A stretch of DNA of 45,635 nt from Limisphaerales bacterium (GTDB taxonomy: Bacteria > Verrucomicrobiota > Verrucomicrobiia > Limisphaerales > SIBE01): the NCBI GenBank assembly GCA_044225505.1, contig JBGAIN010000048.1:1-45635 (forward strand), written 5' to 3'. Positions 39,716 through 45,635 of the stretch are shown in pieces; the stretch's first letter is position 1, and every line of letters begins with the position of its first letter. The notes under the pieces are model-generated. The model had not been told where the DNA came from. It saw nothing but the letters and a program-made list of their open reading frames with translations, and ran no database searches. A program made the translations under genes and the position numbers.

Positions 39716-40396
39716 TCACTCGCGCGAAGAGCAATCGTGTTCGAACCGATTAATGCTTTCGCGGTGCCCGACGATCGTACAGATGTCGTGCAACTCCAGC
39801 TTGAGGTCCGGCTCCGGTTCCATTTGCTGCATTGTTTCGTTGGGCCCCGGTCGCGTGACGAGGACGACGTTGACTCGATAACGTTCGCGGACCTTCGCCT
39901 CCGCCAGACTCTGCCCCTGCAGAGAGGGTCCAAGTCGGACTTGGGCAAGTTGATACTCGCCGCTGATCTGCAAGCGGTCACCACCAGCATCGTCCCGCAA
40001 CCGCTCGGCGAGCCGATAAGCCATATCGCGGGAGGGAAGGACCACATGATCGGCGCCAACCCGCTCCAGCACCTCGGCGTGCTTGGCATCGCGGGCGCGG
40101 GCGATGATCTCCTTTGCCTTCATCTGTTTCAAAGCGAGTGTCGCGAGAATACTTCCTTGCATGTTTTCACCGATGCTGACCACCACGACATCGGCGTCGG
40201 CAACACCGAGTTCCCTTAGTGCGTTTTCGTCTTCGACGTCCGCTTCCAAGGCGTGAAAGCCATCCTCGGACAGATCTCTCACACGGTCACTGTCACGATC
40301 GACAATAATTACTTCGCAGCCGTATTCAGAAAGCTTGCTTCCTAAATGAGCGCCGAACCTTCCAGCGCCAAGAATGATGATGCGTCGAGTTTTCAT
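39716..40396 (-). CDS. TrkA/KtrA-family potassium uptake NAD-binding (RCK) subunit
   Basis: GAGRFG, VVVSIGEN, GADHVVLP and a C-terminal TrkA_C region. Confidence 0.92.
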   Translation of the reverse strand: MKTRRIIILGAGRFGAHLGSKLSEYGCEVIIVDRDSDRVRDLSEDGFHALEADVEDENALRELGVADADVVVVSIGENMQGSILATLALKQMKAKEIIARARDAKHAEVLERVGADHVVLPSRDMAYRLAERLRDDAGGDRLQISGEYQLAQVRLGPSLQGQSLAEAKVRERYRVNVVLVTRPGPNETMQQMEPEPDLKLELHDICTIVGHRESINRFEHDCSSRE

Positions 40397-40399
40397 GGG

Positions 40400-41815
40400 T
40401 CAACCGAGCCCAACCTCTTCAATCGGGTGTCGGACATGGCGGTAAATCATCGGCCGGGCTAGATAAACCGATAGCATCAACGGGGCAACGCGACCTGTGA
40501 ACATGAGGGCGATAATAATCAATTTGCCGAGCGTGGTCAAAAGGGGCGTCACGCCCGTGCTCAAGCCCACCGTGCCGAAAGCCGATACTCCCTCAAAGAG
40601 CAACCCGAGCCAGTGCTGCGGGGTTGCCGAAGCCGGATGTCCTTGCTCGGTAAACATAAGAAGACCCACTCCCGACACCACCACGCCGGTCCCTAACAAA
40701 CTGATCATCAGCGCTACGTTCACCAAATGCGGGGGCACACGTCGTCCGAAGATATCCACTCCCTGTTGCCGCCGGAGGGCGTTCCATGCGGCCAGCGCGA
40801 GCACGGCAAAGGTCACGGTTTTGATGCCGCCGGCCATCGATCCGGGCGACCCCCCAATGAACATCAACACCAAGGTTCCAAGCAGCGTCGGCGGATTCAT
40901 CGCTCCCGTATCCACCACGTTGAATCCGGCGGTCCGCGCCATAGTCGAATGGAAGAAAGACCACCAGATGCCTTGCCATCGGCCGACTTCGCCAAGGGTG
41001 TGATGAGCTTCGAAGGCATACGTCATGATTGTCCCTGTTACGAGCAGGAGTGCCGAAACCGCCAGGGCAAGCCGTGTTTGGAGTGTCAAGTGTCCCCGCC
41101 GTCTGGGATCTCGCCTCCAGAAATAGTAGTAACGGAGGTTGATGAGCGTCATCAGACCGATGCCGCCTGCCACTACCAGTGCGTCGAGAACTCCCAAAAT
41201 GAGGGCATGGTTCCGCCAGCGAACGAGGTTCTCAGGATAAATGGAAATGCCAGCATTGCAGAACGCGCTGACGGCATGAAAGACCGCCTCCCAAAGCGCC
41301 GAGCCTATGGTCGCTTCTGGGGCGGCGTCGTTAATGAGCAAGAACAGCGCAACTGTTCCCGCAAGCTCAAACAGCAGGACAAACAAACAGGCGTAAATGA
41401 AGACGTCCAGGGGCCGGACGCGTCGCAGCCTGCCGACCGTTGCGTGGATTGTGTGCTCATCCGCAATCGAAAGACGATGGCCTGTCACCAAAACCAATGA
41501 GATGCTGGCGGTGAAAATGCCTAACCCTCCAGACTGGATCAAGGCCAATACGACTGCTTGTCCGAGACCACTAAAAGTGTCTGCCACGTTAACCGTTACC
41601 AACCCCGTCACGCACGTGGCGGAGACAGCGGTGAAAAGCGCGTCAATCCATGCCAAACTTCTACCGGGTTGGTGAGCCGACGGAAGCGAGAGCAGGATGC
41701 TGCCAACCAGAATTAGCCCAAGGAATCCGATGGGTACCAGTCGCAGGTCCACCTCGCGCCGGCGCACGACCGGTTGGGTGGTCCAAGTCCGTCCGAGATG
41801 AAAGCTGGCAGGCAT
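40400..41815 (-). CDS. TrkH/KtrB-family potassium uptake membrane subunit
   Basis: Four pore-loop motifs SATCVTGL, SAFCNAG, ARTAGF and SAFGTVGLS, plus MFIGGSPGS.AGGIK and MFTGR. Confidence 0.93.
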   Translation of the reverse strand: MPASFHLGRTWTTQPVVRRREVDLRLVPIGFLGLILVGSILLSLPSAHQPGRSLAWIDALFTAVSATCVTGLVTVNVADTFSGLGQAVVLALIQSGGLGIFTASISLVLVTGHRLSIADEHTIHATVGRLRRVRPLDVFIYACLFVLLFELAGTVALFLLINDAAPEATIGSALWEAVFHAVSAFCNAGISIYPENLVRWRNHALILGVLDALVVAGGIGLMTLINLRYYYFWRRDPRRRGHLTLQTRLALAVSALLLVTGTIMTYAFEAHHTLGEVGRWQGIWWSFFHSTMARTAGFNVVDTGAMNPPTLLGTLVLMFIGGSPGSMAGGIKTVTFAVLALAAWNALRRQQGVDIFGRRVPPHLVNVALMISLLGTGVVVSGVGLLMFTEQGHPASATPQHWLGLLFEGVSAFGTVGLSTGVTPLLTTLGKLIIIALMFTGRVAPLMLSVYLARPMIYRHVRHPIEEVGLG

Positions 41816-41897
41816 TGAATTCCCGTTATCGAGAGCTGAACGGCCTAATTGAAATCAAGGTCCAGAACGTCATCGAGGAACGAGTTCGGAATCCGCG

Positions 41898-42836
41898 TCA
41901 CACGTGCCCAGGCGATTCTTTCTTGCCCGATTGCGTGACAGCAACGCAAAGACATCCACCAAAAATGATGATCACCCCCGTCAGATACGTCCACATTAAT
42001 GAAACCATCAGCCCACCGAGCGCGCCATAAAGAGCATTGAAGTTCCCGAAGTTTTGAATGTAAATGACAAAAAGTCCCTGAAAGATCTGCAGCAGTATTG
42101 TAACGGCAATAGCTGGAATGCAGGTTTCCGAGAACTTTAACTGGCGGCGCGGGGCGAGCTTGTAAAAAATCGCCAACCCCAGAAACATGACCAGAATTGG
42201 AACCAGAAAAATGGCGAACCGCGCCCCGTACGAGAAAAGAACATGATCCGGTAGCAGCCAACGTCGAAGCGATCGCAGAACGATCGGAGCCGCAATGCCG
42301 AGAACGATTGAAAGGATCAAGACTCCGATCAGAGAGAATCCTTTGAAGGCAAGCTGCCACCAGTTGTAAATCTCGGTCTTCCAAGCCCGATTTAAGGCGC
42401 GAACGAGTGCTTTGAATAATCGGCTCGCGCTCCATGAGAGGACCAGGAAAGCCAGAAGACCCGTCTCTCCTCGGTTCTGAATCACTTCAACGATGGTCCC
42501 GCGGACGGCGTTGCGCTCGTCTTCACCTAAAGGGAGATGCAAGCTCAGATAATCGACAACCGCGCGCGTGGCGGCTGCTTGCTCGACGAATCGGGACGCC
42601 ACACTAATCAATAAGAGCAAAAGCGGGAACAGGGAGAAAAATGCATAGTAAGCGAAAGCTGCCGCGCGCTGTTCACCGTCGATTTCTCGAAAAATCTTCT
42701 TCGCTGCGCGAATCAACGCCCATGTTGGACTAAAATGGTTGCGGAGGCGGCCCCACTTTGCATCGTGCGCGGCTGATTGGTGCTGGGTTTCGTTGTCCAA
42801 GCGCTCCAGGAATAGCAAAACGCCGTCGACAGGCAA
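41898..42836 (-). CDS. YihY/virulence factor BrkB family membrane protein
   Basis: AAAFAYYAFFSLFPLL, ALNRAW, YK.AP and YGALGG...LMW.Y. The start codon is uncertain. Confidence 0.88.
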   Translation of the reverse strand: MPVDGVLLFLERLDNETQHQSAAHDAKWGRLRNHFSPTWALIRAAKKIFREIDGEQRAAAFAYYAFFSLFPLLLLLISVASRFVEQAAATRAVVDYLSLHLPLGEDERNAVRGTIVEVIQNRGETGLLAFLVLSWSASRLFKALVRALNRAWKTEIYNWWQLAFKGFSLIGVLILSIVLGIAAPIVLRSLRRWLLPDHVLFSYGARFAIFLVPILVMFLGLAIFYKLAPRRQLKFSETCIPAIAVTILLQIFQGLFVIYIQNFGNFNALYGALGGLMVSLMWTYLTGVIIIFGGCLCVAVTQSGKKESPGHV

Positions 42837-42898
42837 ATGGATAGCGCGACAGTCGCAACAAACATATCAGCCAGGGTCAGGTTGAGCGCTCGCCGCAG

Positions 42899-42970
42899 CT
42901 AAGCGAGGACACCGAGCAAGCGTAACGATTCTTCCTGCAATTCGATCGTGAACAACTCCAAGCGGCGTCT
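42899..42970 (-). pseudogene. Possible fragment of a YqjE/phage-holin-like membrane protein
   Basis: RRRLELFTIELQEESLRLL resembles the RLEL..xELxEE motif of that family and ends in an early TAG. Confidence 0.3.
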
Positions 42971-43432
42971 CGACGCGCGGCAGGAAGTGTCTCTGACACA
43001 CATGATCGATTTCATCAATTCTCTCGACTTTGGTTGAGCGCCATTTACCGGCTTCATCGGCGGTCCAAGAGGACCCCCTACCGGGAGACTCAAGCCGAGT
43101 GTGATATCCGACGACTTGAAGGGTGCCTCCGAATCAAGTGGTCCATTCTTCGCGCCGTCTTCTTGGCAGCGGTCGTTGTGCTGGCCTGCATTGTGTTGCA
43201 GGTTTCCTTGGCGAGTTCCACCGCCCGCGTTCTACCGTTCATTCCATGCCGATGTTCGGCGAAGGCTCCCTCTCGTGCCAATCTACCATACTCTTTACTA
43301 TCTTTTGTCGAAGTGCGTTTCTATACTCACTCCTTTCTCCTGGCTGTCTTGACCCAAATCACTTTGCATTCAAGCTTGACCGAGCGGCCGATCTCTGGAT
43401 TGGTAACCTCACGTGCAAACGCTGGCTGAAAG

Positions 43433-43744
43433 GTGACCCCACGAACTCACAGAACCATTGCCATCGTAAGCTTTTTTGGACTTTGGCCGACAGTAACCAT
43501 AGGAACCGTGCTCAGCTTCGTACGACTTTGGCCCGCCTACAGGTCAATTAGAGGATTCGTGTTTCTCTTCTCTCTTGTTTGGTGGGCCTCGATTTTGTCG
43601 ATCACTCTTTTGTATCTGCTGCTTCCAAAGTGTCAGCAATGCAACAAGTCCGTGAGGCCCCTTTTCCGTCCTGGCCGATTTATTAAATACAGATGCAGCA
43701 ACTGCGGCTTTGAGGAGACTATTCCAAACCAGCGTCTTCGATGA
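43433..43744 (+). CDS. Small hypothetical membrane protein with C-terminal CxxC...CxxC zinc ribbon
   Basis: Two hydrophobic segments, then PKCQQC...YRCSNCG. Locally AT-richer. Confidence 0.45.
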   Translation: MTPRTHRTIAIVSFFGLWPTVTIGTVLSFVRLWPAYRSIRGFVFLFSLVWWASILSITLLYLLLPKCQQCNKSVRPLFRPGRFIKYRCSNCGFEETIPNQRLR

Positions 43745-43830
43745 AGCGCTTTTCCTTTGCCTGGGTCTTAGACAACAGGTGAGCGGGAAATCCGTCCGTT
43801 TCCCGGCGCGCGATCAACCCAGTTCCAGAG

Positions 43831-45144
43831 TTAAACGGCAAACCAGTGCAGAGCTAAGCTTGCCAAACCCAGGAAGCAGAAGAAGCCAGCGATGTCAGTT
43901 ATGGTAGTAAGGAAAATGCTGGATGCAAGCGCAGGATCAACGCGGCACAGCTTCAAACCGAGCGGGATCAATACTCCTGCAATTGCTGCGGCAAGATGAT
44001 TTAGCAGCATGGCTACGGCCGCGACCACCGCGAGGGTTGCGCTTCCCTTCCACATGAATGCAATAACGCCAACGGCCAGGCCAATAGCGAGTCCACTCAT
44101 GACCCCCAGGATCGCTTCTTTTAGAAGGGCCCTGCGGCCGTCTCCCGGCGCCATTTCGCCTAAGGCCAGATCCCGAATAACGACCGTGAGAGTTTGCATT
44201 CCGGCGTTTCCGCCTTGCCCGGCGATGATCGGCAAAAAAACGGCCAGCATAGTCCATTTGGCGATCGTGGTCTCAAAGATGTTCACGACAGCAGCCGCAA
44301 CAAAGGCCGTGGCCAGATTGACGTAAAGCCATGGCAGGCGGCGCCCGATTGCCTTGTGCCAGGGCGTCAGGCTGCGCTCTTCGCCCGAGAGGCCCACCAT
44401 CAATTGCATGTCCTCCGTCGCCTCCTGGCGGGCGATTTCTAGGGCATCGCTCGCCTTGACAACTCCTACGAGGCGGCCGTCCAGTTCGAGGACGGGCAGG
44501 TCGAGGTGATGATAATGCTCGAATTGGCGAGCCAATTCTTCCTGATCCGTGTTGACCTTGACGAAATGAACTTCACGCCGCATGAAATCCTGGATTCTCT
44601 CTTGCACTGGGCGAAAGACCAGATCGCGCAAACTGACAATCCCAACCAGGCGACCGCCAGTGTCGGTCACGTAGAGATACGCGACGTCTTCCTGTCGTCC
44701 TTCCTCTCCGCGATTCGCCAAAGAATCGCGTGCTTCACCGACGATCATATCGGCGCTCAGAGCGATGAAGCGGTTTGTCATTATGCCACCGGCGCTGTGC
44801 TCAGGGTAGCGAAGCAGGGCGCGGATGCTGGATGCACGCTCCGGCGAGAGAGCCTGCAACATCTCTCGGCGCGTGCCCGGTGAAAGCAGTTGGAGCAGAT
44901 CGACGACGGCCTCAGGCGCGACGCGCTGCAGGAGTTCAGCCAGCCGGGGGCGAGAGAGTCCAGCCGCCAAATCCGCCACGATTTCAGGTTCTATTTCCAC
45001 CAAGGCTGCCGCGGCATTTTCCGTGGGTAAACGTTCGAGCAAAATCCGTGCATCCTCGACCGGAAGGCGCTGCAGTTGGTCCGCTAAATCAGCTGCACGC
45101 AGATTCAAGAACTCGTCAAGCGGAAGTGAATTCGGCTGAGCCAT
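43831..45144 (-). CDS. mgtE: Magnesium transporter MgtE
   Basis: MgtE_N repeats, YPEHSAGGIM, a CBS pair, EATEDM, RLPWL, GQGGNAGMQT and DPALASS.F.TT.TD. Start uncertain (45144 or 45165). Confidence 0.95.
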   Translation of the reverse strand: MAQPNSLPLDEFLNLRAADLADQLQRLPVEDARILLERLPTENAAAALVEIEPEIVADLAAGLSRPRLAELLQRVAPEAVVDLLQLLSPGTRREMLQALSPERASSIRALLRYPEHSAGGIMTNRFIALSADMIVGEARDSLANRGEEGRQEDVAYLYVTDTGGRLVGIVSLRDLVFRPVQERIQDFMRREVHFVKVNTDQEELARQFEHYHHLDLPVLELDGRLVGVVKASDALEIARQEATEDMQLMVGLSGEERSLTPWHKAIGRRLPWLYVNLATAFVAAAVVNIFETTIAKWTMLAVFLPIIAGQGGNAGMQTLTVVIRDLALGEMAPGDGRRALLKEAILGVMSGLAIGLAVGVIAFMWKGSATLAVVAAVAMLLNHLAAAIAGVLIPLGLKLCRVDPALASSIFLTTITDIAGFFCFLGLASLALHWFAV

Positions 45145-45635
45145 GCCGCGAAAATGGCACCTCATTGCGCCGCTGTGAAGCTTCGAGCCCACCTGTCAGC
45201 AGAGCCACCGTCTCAATGTTCTTTTTCCATTGGTTAGGGTAGCTTGATGTTCTTAGCGTATGAAATTCGAAGTGCGTCAGGTCGAGTCTTGCGAACCGTT
45301 GGCTCGCGGGTCGACCACAGAACGGATTCTCGCAAAAGCCAAATGGCTCTCCGGATTTCACGTCACGCACATCAACTCGGCTCGACGATGGGTTCGCCTC
45401 GATGGCGCCGAAATAACGGCCCCCTGTTGAAATGTAGAGAGGAACGAATCCTCATTCTGTCCAATGCGGACAATACGTCTCTGATCAATCAGCGCCAAGG
45501 CACAGCTGCGGCCGGATGCGCGAAATGGGCTTTTTTCAAGGCGAAGTCGCACGTTGATTTCGAACCTAGACCGAATCGGCAACTCGGCCGCACAGTAACG
45601 GCTAAAGTGAATGGCAAGCCCTCCAGCGGCTCGAT

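Overview
A roughly 60% GC bacterial window. The gene content (TIGR02999-type ECF sigma plus Ser/Thr kinase pair, H-X9-DG prepilin-like protein, FG-GAP protein with a Verrucomicrobia-style C-terminal tail) suggests Verrucomicrobiota or another PVC lineage; this is an inference. The main feature is a carbohydrate-utilisation locus (6848-23663): GH2, an AraC regulator, a GH140-like apiosidase, a sugar ABC transporter and what looks like an oxidative D-apiose/D-apionate pathway (ApsD-like dehydrogenase, ApnL lactonase, ApnO oxidoisomerase, OiaC-like TIM-barrel decarboxylase). The locus is interrupted by an internally deleted four-helix-bundle gene, a 27-N assembly gap and a gene bracketed by direct repeats. 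Also present: a GNAT and a D-Ala-D-Ala-ligase-like gene, ppnP, an FAD/Fe-S oxidoreductase, a secreted FG-GAP protein with a sialidase-lectin-like N-terminus, and a 1950-bp ISAs1-family element (17-bp TIRs, DUF4338/DruA-like N-terminal domain, hairpin+T5C5 recoding site). The right end carries cls, ktrAB/trkAH, yihY and mgtE. The least explained signal is a dispersed non-coding module ending in ATTTGTCGCACA-N8-ACAAATTG, with four copies in three intergenic regions; two of them form a degenerate tandem duplication, each preceded by a REP-like hairpin. No rRNA, tRNA or CRISPR array was seen. All product calls come from recognising motifs by eye, not from database searches.
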